A stretch of 63,472 bases of DNA, filler included, from Globobulimina sp. (taxonomy: Eukaryota), in the NCBI GenBank assembly GCA_003354225.1. It is 53 parts of 53 records of this genome, joined end to end, with 100 filler letters (N's around TTAATTAATTAA, not from the genome) between each part and the next. Parts side by side here need not be neighbours in the genome. Positions count along the whole stretch, not along the records: positions 35,996 to 37,094 come from PIVH01023553.1; positions 37,195 to 38,293 come from PIVH01023554.1; positions 38,394 to 39,492 come from PIVH01023555.1; positions 39,593 to 40,691 come from PIVH01023556.1; positions 40,792 to 41,890 come from PIVH01023557.1; positions 41,991 to 43,089 come from PIVH01023558.1; positions 43,190 to 44,288 come from PIVH01023559.1; positions 44,389 to 45,487 come from PIVH01023560.1; 45 more parts are not named here. One strand, 5' to 3'. Position numbers and translations under genes: made by a program. The notes under the pieces are model-generated. The model had not been told where the DNA came from, did not search any database, and worked only from the letters and a program-made list of their open reading frames with translations. Position 1 is the stretch's first letter. Each line of letters opens with the position of its first letter. Shown piece after piece: positions 35,996 through 48,592 of the stretch.

Positions 35996-36294
35996 GCCGG
36001 GTATCTCGTCTTTTCGGGTAAATCTTTAAAAAAATCCTGGTCTTTAATTTTTCTTCTATGAACAGAATCATTACATAAACTCGCCATTCCTATAGGAAGA
36101 GATAGTTCTGATGTTGTTTCCATTATGTGATAGGTTTCTGTTAAAAGTTCTTCTCTGTGGGCGATAGCATCTTCTTTGAAATATTCATTTAGATCACTAT
36201 CGCCACAGTCAAAATCTTTTGAAAGGTTAAAATCGATAAGTTTTGTAAATAGCCACCCGTTTTCTTCAGCACTATTCCGTGTGTTTTGAGGCAT
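35996..36294 (-). CDS. Bacterial GNAT N-acetyltransferase (toxin-like), 5' part
   Basis: DFDCGDSDLNEYFKEDAI....LLTETY...SLCNDS...RYPA, typical of AtaT/TacT-like GNATs. Confidence 0.85.
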
Positions 36295-36439
36295 GTCTTT
36301 TAATCAATTCGCGAGCTTTTCCGATTTTAGGTGTTTTAACTAACGAAACTGGTTTCTTTAGATCTGATTCAAGTCTTCTGTGGAACTTTACTGCTTCATC
36401 ACCTTTTAAAACGGGGGTCGGTGCAATTGGTGTTGCCAT
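36272..36439 (-). CDS. 55-aa putative antitoxin/partner, missing from the ORF track
   Basis: MATPIAPTPVLKGDEAVKFHRRLESDLKKPVSLVKTPKIGKARELIKRHASKHTE; AGGAGG Shine-Dalgarno upstream; overlaps the GNAT start by 23 nt. Confidence 0.75.
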   Translation of the reverse strand: MATPIAPTPVLKGDEAVKFHRRLESDLKKPVSLVKTPKIGKARELIKRHASKHTE

Positions 36440-36475
36440 TTCACGGCCTCCTTTCTATTTGGTTTTCATTCCTAC

Positions 36476-36584
36476 TTGTTAATAATAACAATTATAACAA
36501 AATTTGCAACATTTTGTGTAAATTTTGTCATAGGTAAAATATTAAAATTTAAGCCTATATACAAACCGTTATAACATTTGTCAA
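36476..36584 (-). promoter_or_regulatory. Candidate sigma70 promoter(s) and inverted-repeat operator for the GNAT operon
   Basis: TGTTATAAT extended -10 at 36491-36499; TTGACA-N17-TATATA at 36556-36584; inverted repeat ACAAAATTT/AAATTTTGT between them. Confidence 0.45.
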
Positions 36585-37194
36585 CTGTAACTTTTACGTA
36601 ATTACTATCGTCAAGCTGTCATATAACCTTAATTCTTTCAGTCTATAGAGCATTTTTTAAAAGAAAATATTTCCATAAAAAATGATCATTCTTAGTTCTG
36701 CTAATATTGCAAGCATTATTTATGCCACCAAACGTATAATGTGAAAAAAGTGGACCACTCTAATCATTCAATTAAACACAACAATTGCGTCAACTCATCC
36801 ATTCCTAATCTTAACTTCTGCCCAATAGTTAACATTAGAACATCCTATTATTGAAAGTTGATTGTCTGCGTGATGAATTAAATTTCTTTAAAAATATTGG
36901 ACCTGGCTATAATGCAGAAAATCCAAGGCTATTAATAATAGTCCGGGTCTTTAAATCTTGTGTTGGGGGCGGAAAATCATAGACATAGTCAGCACATTTG
37001 GTAAAATCAACATAGAATATCCGATTATAAATATTTTTTTATCAATGTTGTTCCAAATATCTGCCATAACTCCTCCTCGAAAAGCTAGCATTGGNNNNNN
37101 NNNNNNNNNNNNNNNNNNNNNNNNNNNNNNNNNNNNNNTTAATTAATTAANNNNNNNNNNNNNNNNNNNNNNNNNNNNNNNNNNNNNNNNNNNN

Positions 37195-38087
37195 CACAAC
37201 TTATCATTGCCATTTATATCGCCATCGTCAATGAACAACACCGCTGATATGACATTTATATCGCAATCAATATCGCCTCCGATATTCAATAATGTGTCAT
37301 CGCGACGGAGAACGCAATCCGAACAACCTCAAAATATGTACAGTAACAATACGTTAATATTACCACAATCTCCGTCTATTTCATATTCGTTTTCTTACTC
37401 TCAATCTGACTCAAATTAACTTAATTCAATGTACTCTTTGTTGTAACTTATCTTTTTTGTGTATATTGTTATAAAAAAACCACAACAAAAACCTAAAGTA
37501 GCTCCAGCTTATTTTCATCTGTTCCGCCCAGGTCACTGTCGACAGCCATTACTGATGCAGTTCCGCCGCAAATCCCTATCGCATTGATGCAATTAAACCA
37601 AACAGGACCACAACTGTTTGGTATTTCTGATTCAGTCACGTCTGCGATGATGGTGACTCCGTCAAATAATAGCCAGCTGTCAGGATATATGAATAGTAGT
37701 AACCGCGCTACTTTTGAGATAAATAATGCATCACAACGTGGTGTTGTAAGTATGCGTAATCATCGTAACCGTCATCGTATGATCGGTATGAATAATAATA
37801 ATGGAATGGTGAGTGTAATAAATGATGTTTTTAATGATAGTTCGCATGGTATACATATGCATGGTATACAACATGATATGGGATCGGATCCTATTGAGTC
37901 ATCGCTTGGTGTACGTGTTGGTGATGATGATTCTACGCCAGTTAATATACAAAGTAGATCACATTCCGTGTCATTGGATGCGCCGAGACCGCACAGAAGG
38001 AATCAAAATAGGATAGCTGTACGGGATAATAATAATGTATCATCGGTTGAACTTGATTTGACTGCGAGTAATAACATTCATCTCTGA
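37195..38087 (+). CDS. Low-complexity Ser/Asn-rich protein, C-terminal part, probably spliced
   Basis: Two open frames separated by an AT-rich intron-like tract (~37430-37500). Confidence 0.45.
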
Positions 38088-38500
38088 TTTATAAATTCAT
38101 AAATTAAATTCATACTTTTTTTGTTTTTCATATATTATTTAAACGTTTAAACGCAGCTTTTGTCAAATTCAATCAGAGAATTCAATATATATACTTAGTT
38201 AATCTAGTGTTGTAGATTTTGTAGCTGCAATCAATTATTTCAATAAATAAGAAACTTTCAGTCGACTAGACTACATGACTTGAAACTCAGTCTNNNNNNN
38301 NNNNNNNNNNNNNNNNNNNNNNNNNNNNNNNNNNNNNTTAATTAATTAANNNNNNNNNNNNNNNNNNNNNNNNNNNNNNNNNNNNNNNNNNNNTTCCGGA
38401 AAATAAAATAGAAGTTCTTACATTAGGAATTGATACACAAAAGTTTTCTTTTACTACTCAAAACAATCAGAATTTTGATAGCAAGTATCATTACAAAAAC

Positions 38501-39388
38501 ATGTCAAACATAGATGTTGTTGTCGTGGAACTTACTGTGAGTGATACGAGTAGTTGTGCCAGTGCTGCTGCTCCAGAAGATCCAGATAAAACAATACTGG
38601 ATAAAATGAAGGAGCAAATAAACGTAATTCAAACTAAACAAAGAAATGTTACCTCTGATTCACTGGTTAAATTACCAATATACTGTGTCTCTATAATTGG
38701 TGTAATGTCAATTGGCGATACATCCACTAAAACAGTCGCATTCTTGGTATCTGTATTATTCTTATGTTTATATCTGAACATCATTTATGTAATGATCCAA
38801 TCCAAAGAATTGCACAAAATTGAAATACGTACGGTGCCATTGAAACAATTGCCAGCAGTAACAGTACCAAATGAAATTATATTATATCCCAAAGTTTCAG
38901 TGGAATCAGTTTCAGAATTATGCTCAATGCGTGGCTCAACTAATCACATGACAATAACCGTTATATCCACTGCCATCGCATGGCTACTTATCAGTGTTTC
39001 AATATTTAAATTCCAGTCCATATCAAACACGAATGAATCCATTTTATACAGAACTGCTTGCCTTGGCTTGTTGACAAATGGTATTTGGGAGAGAAATCCA
39101 CAAGATTTGATTCATTTGATTTTGCATTTTCTTGGTTCGGTTTCCATAATGTTCTTTGGCACTGCGTATTGTGTACAGCAAAGGTGGAATGCCTTCAGTA
39201 CAACCTTGTCGGCCGTAGGATTGCTTTTTTTCTTTCCATGGCTTGCGATGAGGTATTTTATGCCAAAAGAAAATGAGAATAAAAAAATTGTTAAAAGGAA
39301 TAGTATCATAAATTTGACATTTGAAATGATATGCTTGTCCACTGTCGCTGTTTCTGCTGTATTATTTGTTTTAGATTTAGATGATTGA
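38501..39388 (+). CDS. Multi-pass membrane protein (C-terminal half loosely Frag1/DRAM-like); apparently complete
   Basis: 295-aa ORF with about seven hydrophobic segments, LILHFLGS and FEMICL motifs. Confidence 0.65.
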   Translation: MSNIDVVVVELTVSDTSSCASAAAPEDPDKTILDKMKEQINVIQTKQRNVTSDSLVKLPIYCVSIIGVMSIGDTSTKTVAFLVSVLFLCLYLNIIYVMIQSKELHKIEIRTVPLKQLPAVTVPNEIILYPKVSVESVSELCSMRGSTNHMTITVISTAIAWLLISVSIFKFQSISNTNESILYRTACLGLLTNGIWERNPQDLIHLILHFLGSVSIMFFGTAYCVQQRWNAFSTTLSAVGLLFFFPWLAMRYFMPKENENKKIVKRNSIINLTFEMICLSTVAVSAVLFVLDLDD

Positions 39389-39592
39389 TATTGTCATATT
39401 GTTTTGCGAAATATACATTGTTTACATTCGCGTGTTGTCGGGTTCATATAATGAGGAACGTTTTAGTTTTTTGTACATTTTGAAATATATTCNNNNNNNN
39501 NNNNNNNNNNNNNNNNNNNNNNNNNNNNNNNNNNNNTTAATTAATTAANNNNNNNNNNNNNNNNNNNNNNNNNNNNNNNNNNNNNNNNNNNN

Positions 39593-40440
39593 GGCAATGA
39601 TGCATTTTCCGCATACGAGAGTTCAGCTCTTTTCTTAAGTCGTCTCATTACCATTTGTTGCTGGGTCAATTCATTGATTGGTTGTGAATATGGTTTGCTT
39701 TCTTTTTGCGAGTCAATGGCTTGTGAACCATGCCATTCTTCGACAATATTGGCCGAATATGGCTGCAAAGCACGTTCCAATACATTATAATCTCGGCCTT
39801 GTGCAACATTTGCATCTCTATAACCGAGTTCTTGCAACGGATTGGTTAATAAATGGCCAATGTCAAAGACTCTCTGTCCATCAGAGATTATATTTTTCAA
39901 AATGTCTGTGTTTGGAAACATTTTATGTATTTGCGGCGATGACGTGATTGGAGCGGGTTGCATTCCCCAGCCGGCCTGCTTGTATTCGTCAGGGATGGCA
40001 TCTAAATGGTCATGTTGCATTTCTTTGTTTTTTTTTGTGGCTCGGCCATGATATGGATTCCAATTATATGCGGATTGAACTATTTTACCCATATTCGGTT
40101 TGGATATACCTCCGGATGCGTCTTTTGCATCCTTTTTGTTTTTAGATTTCGTTTTGTCTTTGGTTTGATCCATCATATTATTTGTTTGTGCGATCTCTGT
40201 TTCGTGAATCAAGACTGTATCATTCAATGTGGTCGATTTTTGGATTCTGGTTATAAATGTATGCATTTTTTTCTCTAAAGGCGTGGCATTTTCCAAGTCT
40301 AATTCTTGAATTTTCTTGAAATTGCTCCCAAATCTCTCCTCCAGTTCCATGATCCCATAATTCCGTTTTGATGCGTTGTGTGTAATAGATGCAGAGCATA
40401 CGCGCAGTCTCTTTACTCTGTTACAAAAGCGAGAGCTCAT
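39593..40440 (-). CDS. Hypothetical protein with a mitochondrial-type presequence, 5' part
   Basis: MSSRFCNRVKRLRVCSASITHNASKRNY is Arg-rich, lacks acidic residues and ends in R-x-Y. Confidence 0.6.
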
Positions 40441-40791
40441 TATTAATTATTAAGCCGCTAGTATTCTTAGCTAAAAATATGCAAAAACTGTAATTTCAAT
40501 TCAAAAATTGTACAAGGGATAAGGTTGAAATTGAATAAATAGAAATAACATACATAAACTTTTAAAAAAAAACAAAAAAAATACAAAAGAGTCGTAATAA
40601 ACATCATATTAAAAAAAAAAAACGTAATTAACATAACATATTAAAAAAAATACTAAAGAGTCGTAATTGACATAACATCATATAATTTATTNNNNNNNNN
40701 NNNNNNNNNNNNNNNNNNNNNNNNNNNNNNNNNNNTTAATTAATTAANNNNNNNNNNNNNNNNNNNNNNNNNNNNNNNNNNNNNNNNNNNN

Positions 40792-41890
40792 AAAGCAGCG
40801 CCGCACTGCAATATGGATGATACGAAAATGAATGAAAATGGTGATTGTCAGTATGACGATAAAATTGGCATTCAATGTACTTATGAATTCGAATCATTTG
40901 CATTGTCATTTTGTGACAAAATATTATCATTTTCTCGCGATACTTACTCGGTACCAAAGCAGTTTTTGTGCTGCATTAATAGTTTTTGGTTTGCGTTATC
41001 TGAGTCAATTTATATTCAATGCAGAGATAAAGTGTTAAATGGCATTATTAACGAACCGCAGCATGGCGCGATTGGAGGCTCCATCATATCTAAAATGATT
41101 GCACCTCATCCTGAGTTATCTGCGCATTTAATTGTAGCGAAAATAATTTGTAAGATGTTGTATCCGAAAAATCAAAGAAATGAAGAAAATGAATATGACG
41201 ATATTCAAAGTATCACTGCAATGAATCAATATGAACCGCAGTTGTATGAGTTTAGAGGCAGTAAAGATGTGTTATTATATTATTTAAAATTATTACAAAA
41301 TGCAATCTCGGTGACCCATTCTTACATAATCTCTTATATGCCGATTTTATGCAATATTATAACCATTTGTATCAACAACTCCTTGCCTGAAATACAGCGA
41401 TTTGCCGCACCCATAGTATTGACTGTAGTTACTACATTGGCACGCATTGTACCCTGCGAATTTCGTTCATTTTCGCCCGATCTGTGGAACGAAAATGGTT
41501 CCTGGAAACATTGGAGAGTTTGGGGACAATTTTCTGAAATTGAAATGCGTAATGTACTGAAGACCAAACGCGTAGACCTTAAATTAAAATGGTTTACGCC
41601 AACACGAAAGGAATTTAATGCTATCCAACAATTAATGGACTGTGTATTAACCACTCCATTGCAACAAATGGATGATTTCATTAATAAGAGCGGTATAAAT
41701 GAGGATCATGATGGCGACGATCGCGATGCAGTGAAACCAATAAAAGCTGAAAAGTTATCCCAATATGTGCGGATTTTGCAATATCTATGTTATGGCTTAG
41801 GACATTTAGGTGATTTTACAGTGGATAAAGACAGTGAAATTATTAAACCACCGCAGAAAGAGAGAGCGAAATGCAATTTATATAAATATT
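40792..41890 (+). CDS. PSME4: Proteasome activator PA200/Blm10, internal fragment
   Basis: EFESFALSFCDKIL...KDVLLYYLKLL...IVPCEFRS...WGQ...LKLKWFTPTRKE parallels PA200 EFEDFVLQFMDR...KELLWNLQLL...IYPTEYCS...WGK...IQWHVPSSEE. Confidence 0.78.
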
Positions 41891-42008
41891 NNNNNNNNNN
41901 NNNNNNNNNNNNNNNNNNNNNNNNNNNNNNNNNNTTAATTAATTAANNNNNNNNNNNNNNNNNNNNNNNNNNNNNNNNNNNNNNNNNNNNTACTTTACTA
42001 AAAGATTC

Positions 42009-43089
42009 ATGAGTGCTGTCCCATATTGCTTCTCGAGAAGGAATAATGATGTAATCCTATTCAAAGGACCATTTCTAGAATTTGGTGTTATGACGCCAGT
42101 GTTCATCATTTTGCAGTTGATATTGCTTATCAACACAATATATCACGAGTATATGCAAAGAAATGGCACTCAAAACATTTCAATGAAATTGAGAGCATTA
42201 TTTTTTTTATTACAAATAGTTGGTTTATTCTGGACACTTATGGATGTTTTAAGATCTGTCATTGATCCATTTACCTCAATATTGCGGGGTAACATTGGTT
42301 GTGATATCGCCGCTTATTCGCCTCAGATTGTGCCCATTATATATTATGGCCTTTATTTGTATCAAGTTCTGCTAAGATTAGAATCATCATTCAAAGGGTC
42401 TTATTTATCATTGAATAGTCGATCAAAGTATATTCTGTCATCATTCATATTGTTTCCTTTAATTATTATCCCGATTCTAGTATTCTTTATCTCCAATAAA
42501 AATAGAGCGACATGTGTATATTTATGGAAACCAATGGATTTTCCCGATTTATATACGGATGAATCTGCCTTCTCTTTCTGTTTCGGACAGCTTGAGCCTG
42601 CCACCAATTTAATTATTATAATTAGTATTTTGTGGGTTGCTGCGGCAAATATAATATTTGGTGTCCTTTTTAGCAGCAAACTGAAGAAATTCTTATCGTT
42701 ATCAAAAACGGAAGAGAGTGAAAGGAAAAAGCTCCGGTTCAAAAAATTGATTATAAAAAACACAATTCTATCAATAACGTATGTAATGTATATTGTTGAT
42801 AATTAATATGATATGAATGTAACATACGCAGTGGTTCGATATCAACCATCGGATGTTGGATGTTATGGATTGTTATGGTTCCCATAGGATTTGGTGCAAT
42901 GTTTTTATATTTAGATTTATTTATTAATTGTATGGTCATAGGTTTGATGTTCAAATATAATGATAAATATTATAAAAAAATATGTAAATGTTTTATTTTA
43001 ATGTGCTTTAAGAATTGCGATAAAACTAAACATAAAATGGGTGAACAACAAGTAATGAAATATGTAAATGGTGAAATTGATTTAAGTTC
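42009..43089 (+). CDS. Seven-TM receptor-like membrane protein; intron ~42779-42830
   Basis: About seven hydrophobic helices, GC at the start of TM3, LLRLESSF, KNTILSI; C-terminal CKC. Confidence 0.65.
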
Positions 43090-43223
43090 NNNNNNNNNNN
43101 NNNNNNNNNNNNNNNNNNNNNNNNNNNNNNNNNTTAATTAATTAANNNNNNNNNNNNNNNNNNNNNNNNNNNNNNNNNNNNNNNNNNNNTTACTATTTTC
43201 CTATTACTAAATAAAAAAAGAAA

Positions 43224-44170
43224 TTATACAGCTGGAGATACCGGAGTGATAGGCACCAGTTTGGATAAAGTGGTACTAGCACTGATAACAGGAGCGACTG
43301 TTGTAGTGGTCGTAGTGGTGGTGGTTGTACCCGACCCTCCAACCGGTGCTGCTATTTCATTTGGACTACATGGTACACCAACATCTGCAAAATCACGTTT
43401 AATAACACAATTATGGCATGCCCCCATTGCACATATTGTTTCAACAACACTCACATCACTGCCAATGATAAATGTTGCATCAACGCATGAATATAAACCC
43501 GCACATTCAATACGTTCCATTTCTAACTCGATCGGTAATCCTGTAATTACATCTAATCCCTGTTTATTTTCAACAGTAAATGTCGCGCCACGGCCTGCAC
43601 TCTCTCCTGATAAAAATATTCCTTTCTGTATATTAAATGTATAATTTTATACCAAAACACATAAAAACATGTAAAACATACAATAAATCGGACTGCTTCT
43701 TCTTTGTAATCTGTATTTAATACAATATCAAAATTAGCATTTGCGCACGATTTTACATCACCACATTTCAATTCAAACGAATTCATTGGATTTGTAATAG
43801 TTTTGGTGACACCCATACAACTCAATGAATCCGGACAGGATAAAAACTCTAAATTTTCAAAACATAGATCCAATCCTTGCGTGTTTACACAACTTGGGCC
43901 ACACTCACAATATGATACATCAATATCACCTACAAAATTAAATATCGCTGCTGTACAGGACTGATATTGATTACATTCCACGGTATCCATCAATACTTTA
44001 TCACAGCCATCATTATTGATTGTAATTTCTAATCCTTCGCAGGCTGCACTGTTGGAACAGAAAATACCTTCCATTTCCAATATATCTTTCACCGCAACTG
44101 CTCTGCACATAAATCCAGGGGGCGGAGCACTGAAATTGATGTCTATCTGTAACATGCCGCATGCTCCCAA
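43224..44170 (-). CDS. Cys-repeat extracellular protein with a Thr-rich tail; spliced
   Basis: Regular CxxxxSC repeats across ORFs 43553-44170 and 43224-43520; intron-like gap ~43627-43681. Confidence 0.65.
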
Positions 44171-44476
44171 GCCTTAAAGTTTTTTGTTTTTTTTAAGTTT
44201 AGTGGTATCATACAAAATATGTACAAATCCGTCACAAATTCATGTTTTCTGCCTCTGAATGGATTTTAGGCTAAATAGGTCAGCAAAANNNNNNNNNNNN
44301 NNNNNNNNNNNNNNNNNNNNNNNNNNNNNNNNTTAATTAATTAANNNNNNNNNNNNNNNNNNNNNNNNNNNNNNNNNNNNNNNNNNNNTAATCTAAGCTA
44401 AGACACTGCACAGTTTAACTTATATACATCATGATCTCATACTATTTTTTATACCATTTTCCGCAAATTTAATACA

Positions 44477-45364
44477 ACACATCAAGTTGATCATCCCATG
44501 ATCATGTTCACGAAAATGTTATTTCTGCAAATTTTAATTTATTTTTTTCTCATTCAATATTTGCGATATCAATTTCTAATTTTCACTAGCATTCGTTTCT
44601 CGCCAAGCAGTTTATTAGGGATTTTTTTTTTTCAGTTTCGACAAACATAACCATGATTTCCATGATCCAGTCTGATCCAGTCTGAGCTAGCTTAAAATAC
44701 TCATCATCAGCCATGCCAAATAGAAAGCAGCAATTTTGGGCACGCGTAACTGCTAACTTCCATTGCCTTTTGGGTTCTGGGACGTCTAGCAGTAATTCAT
44801 ATAAAGTGTGATTGTGTTGTGTTGTGTTGTGTTATTGTGTATGTATATATTGACATATAGGTACAATTCCCAAGAGAAGAACATCCAATTGATGCCAGCA
44901 AAACACATATACCAAGATTCACATTTGCAGATTTAAAAAAAGCAATGGCAGAATATCGAAGAAAATATCGCTATTCATTGGGTGAGAAAATTGATGCCAG
45001 AGCAAATATTACATTATATGACTCCAGCAAACAATATAAAGCGATTCCAGCAGATACTCGATACTGCTCTTCTGTCCAACGCAGTCTGCAAGAGGCATGC
45101 AAACGACATGGTGATGAAAGAGTAAGTATATAGCTAGTAAGTAGAAAATGCTGGATCATGCTGGATCACAAAATTGGGAAATCATGGTTAGGTAGTCGCA
45201 AACGAAAAAAAAAAAATTCCTGATAAACTGTTTGGTCATATTAGATCACACAAAAAATCTTAGCTCAATATCATCATTATTCATGGAGATAAAAATAAAT
45301 CATTGTTATTACCAAAAAGTAACATTTTCGTGAACATGATATTGGGATATTCAACTCAATGTGT
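44477..45364. mobile_element. Element with ~210-bp imperfect inverted repeats enclosing a small gene
   Basis: Arms ~44477-44680 and ~45151-45364; 21-bp perfect core ATCATGTTCACGAAAATGTTA (44501-44521 / 45320-45340), plus CAGTTTAT, TAACCATGATTTCC and double TGATCCAG matches. Confidence 0.75.
44713..45133 (+). CDS. 121-aa spliced ORF (intron 44806-44860), weakly chromodomain-like
   Basis: MPNRKQQFWARVTANFHCLLGSGTSSSNSYK|VQFPREEHPIDASKTHIPRFTFADLKKAMAEYRRK...; phase-0 GT-AG intron. Confidence 0.55.
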
Positions 45365-45588
45365 ATGTCATTATCAATTGTTATTATTTTATCCCTCCAA
45401 ATCTCATACAATTGATATGGAATATTCTTATTATTCTTATTATTCTTTTGGTGCAGCAACATTTGAAATGCATCCAATCCAATATCTNNNNNNNNNNNNN
45501 NNNNNNNNNNNNNNNNNNNNNNNNNNNNNNNTTAATTAATTAANNNNNNNNNNNNNNNNNNNNNNNNNNNNNNNNNNNNNNNNNNNNA

Positions 45589-46503
45589 TCCATTAATGAA
45601 CAAATTTATTTAAGTAATATAAGAAGAGAAAAAGAGTCTTTTTTAAAATTAATAAATGAAAAATCTGAGCTGATATTACCAAAGAATATTAATGGTAAAA
45701 TTGATAAATCGATATTAAAATTGCCATCACAACAAACCGCAAGAATTGAGTCCAAACGGTCGCAGCGGTCCCCGCTTAATAAGAAATTCAAAAAAGCAAA
45801 AAATAAAATTATTGTTGATTTGAGGGAATTTAGGAGCAGTACAAATTTACCATTATTATTATACAGAGAGAATATAAATATTATCCCAGTTACATTGAAA
45901 GTGGGCGATTACATATTATCAAAAGATTTATGTGTTGAACGGAAATGTATCTCTGACTTATTTTCATCAATAATTCATGGCCGATTATATGACCAAATAT
46001 TACAAATCACGCGGTATTATGAAATAGCACTATTATTAATTGAGTTTGATGAAAATAAATCATTTTCTTTACAAAATATCAAAGATATTCCACAAAACAT
46101 AAATTTAACAAATATCATATCCAAATTAGTAATATTAACTATACATTTTAACAAATTAACAATTCTATGGAGTCGATGTCCATTAGTTACTACAAAAATA
46201 TTTAAAACATTAAAATCAAATCGAGAGGAACCAGATTTAAATACATCGATAACGATAACAAATAGAAATGATAATGGCACCGGTATTGATGGCGAGGATG
46301 GTAATGAAGACATGCATACTCCAAAGGATATTCTAAGGAGTTTACCAGGTGTAAATCATAAAAATGTTAACAAGATATTGAGTAAATGTGAATCATTAAA
46401 AGATTTATGTTCAAAAAGTAAAGAGGAAATATATGACATACTCGGAGTTAAAGATGGACAGTTATTATACAAATTTTTACATACAAACTTTTTTAATGAT
46501 TGA
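45589..46503 (+). CDS. ERCC4: DNA repair endonuclease XPF (Rad1), nuclease + HhH C-terminus
   Basis: EQIYLSNIRREKESF; IIVDLREFRS; LKVGDYIL...CVERK.ISDL...GRLYDQ; LRSLPGV. Confidence 0.95.
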   Translation, partial: SINEQIYLSNIRREKESFLKLINEKSELILPKNINGKIDKSILKLPSQQTARIESKRSQRSPLNKKFKKAKNKIIVDLREFRSSTNLPLLLYRENINIIPVTLKVGDYILSKDLCVERKCISDLFSSIIHGRLYDQILQITRYYEIALLLIEFDENKSFSLQNIKDIPQNINLTNIISKLVILTIHFNKLTILWSRCPLVTTKIFKTLKSNREEPDLNTSITITNRNDNGTGIDGEDGNEDMHTPKDILRSLPGVNHKNVNKILSKCESLKDLCSKSKEEIYDILGVKDGQLLYKFLHTNFFND

Positions 46504-46857
46504 CATAAACTGTAATACATACTATTAATTAATGTTTCATTATTTTAAAATTAGTTTCCTTGCTATCTGGTTGTATTATAAATGAAGAGTTGATTTAACA
46601 AAATGAAGACCAGTCAGGCTGCAACTCTGATTATTCAAAAACACCGTTTATCCGTTTACCATGTTTTGTGTCAAACGAACTGTCAGNNNNNNNNNNNNNN
46701 NNNNNNNNNNNNNNNNNNNNNNNNNNNNNNTTAATTAATTAANNNNNNNNNNNNNNNNNNNNNNNNNNNNNNNNNNNNNNNNNNNNTTTTTTTTTTTTTA
46801 TGAATTAAATCTAACTAGTAATATAATTATAAGCCAAAAAACTTGAAGCTCCCTACA

Positions 46858-47885
46858 ATGGCGCAACTAGACTCTCCAACGTTTACCAAGACAGCTTTCA
46901 AACTCCATATTGCTATTGATTTTGGAACGGATGGATTAGGTAAAATGTTCCATTGACATGATCACATTTGATACCACATCATTCCACTCATTAAAGGTTT
47001 AGCGTACGCTGTTGATAAAAAGGTTTTCGTTCACAGTAAATGGAATGCAGAAAAGTACAGAGATGTCGTTAAACCAAAAACAATCATATTACTGGACAAA
47101 GACGGCAAAGCAGAGCAATTCGGATTGGATGCAAAAGAAGTGTTTAGTAACAAATGCATAGAAAATTCGAAACTTGTTTGTTTTTTATCTATTTCAGGTA
47201 CATGAGACTAGCGTGTAAAAAAGATCTAATGTTATTTGAGAGATTTAAAATGTCATTATATGGTATGTCATATTTAAACAATATATAATATATATAATAT
47301 AACCAACGTACAGATGATCAAATCCCTCACAACAATGCATCTGATAACAAGCATGGTGATGGTGATGAAGAAAAAGCAAACAAACAAATTGATATCAAAA
47401 CACAACTAAAAGCGGCAAATGGCACATTGTACCCTGCGGAGAAAGTATTTATCGCAGCTTTCCAATTCGTGGGGGAAGAAACAAAACGTTTCCTGCGCAA
47501 ACAAAAAATCAAAGCCAATAAAACTGAGATTCAATGGATTTTAACCTGTCCTGCAATCTGGAGCGATGCGGCTAAAAATAAGATGAAACAATGGATCATC
47601 AGAGCTGGCTTGGTCGACATAAACATTCCAAGCCAATGCAAAGTGGTATACGAACCGGATTGCGCTTCTCTTTCAATTCAACATGAAATCGCAAACAGAA
47701 AATCAGAGGATGCCAATGTCAATTTCAATTTCAATAAAGGTGAGAAATATATATTGGTGGATGCGGGGGGAGGTATTTCATATATATATAGATAGATAGA
47801 TGATAGATATAATATATATAAACTTCAAAATTATTAATAGGAACTTGCGACATTGTTTGTCATGAGATTTTGGGAGAATTTGGTG
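46858..47885 (+). CDS. HSPA12-like Hsp70, 5' part with four introns
   Basis: IAIDFGTDG; LFERFKMSLY; QWILTCPAIWSDAAKNKM; YEPDCASL; KYILVDAGGG|TCDIVCHE. Confidence 0.9.
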
Positions 47886-48072
47886 NNNNNNNNNNNNNNN
47901 NNNNNNNNNNNNNNNNNNNNNNNNNNNNNTTAATTAATTAANNNNNNNNNNNNNNNNNNNNNNNNNNNNNNNNNNNNNNNNNNNNCAGATTAGCATTGAA
48001 TGGATAAGTTTTGATCGTGATACGATTGATATAGTAATTCATCACACAATCAGCAATCCAGATTATTATCAA

Positions 48073-48592
48073 TTGATTTACCAATCAGAAACTACAAATA
48101 ATTCATGGATAATGCTTGCAAATTGGACTAGAATGCAAGATGTCATACCTGATGATTTCCCACTTCATATCAAATTAAATTTCTCCGATAATGTAAGATT
48201 ACGACCGTTGCAAGGCAGGAATGAACAGTTTTGGTTAGTTACATCAACGGAATGTACACCAATTTGGAATGTAACAATAACCAAACCGTATCAACCCCCG
48301 ATTTTATTCACAACATTTCCTCCGCTTACAACCACTGTTCCTGTACATATTGAACAAGTCCAAACAACCAGAACGTATTATGAACTCTGTTAAGTATCCA
48401 TTCACAAATAATTTTACAAACATCTATTTATCCGAATTCAATCCATGCATAGATTCCATTTTGGTGATAGTTATAGGTATTGTGATACTGAGTGGTTGCT
48501 GCATCATTCGACGTAGGAAAAAATCAGAGGTTGAAAGATTAGATATCAACACAGAAATGGTTTATTCTCAATTTCTATATCGAAACCTTTAG
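48073..48592 (+). CDS. Single-pass membrane protein fragment, spliced or frameshifted
   Basis: P/T-rich stalk, then ILVIVIGIVILSGCCII-RRRKK in a second frame. Confidence 0.4.

Noticed and set aside
40575-40690. Duplicated AAAGAGTCGTAAT..ACAT motif
   Set aside because: Short A-rich tandem duplication at a contig end; no further structure
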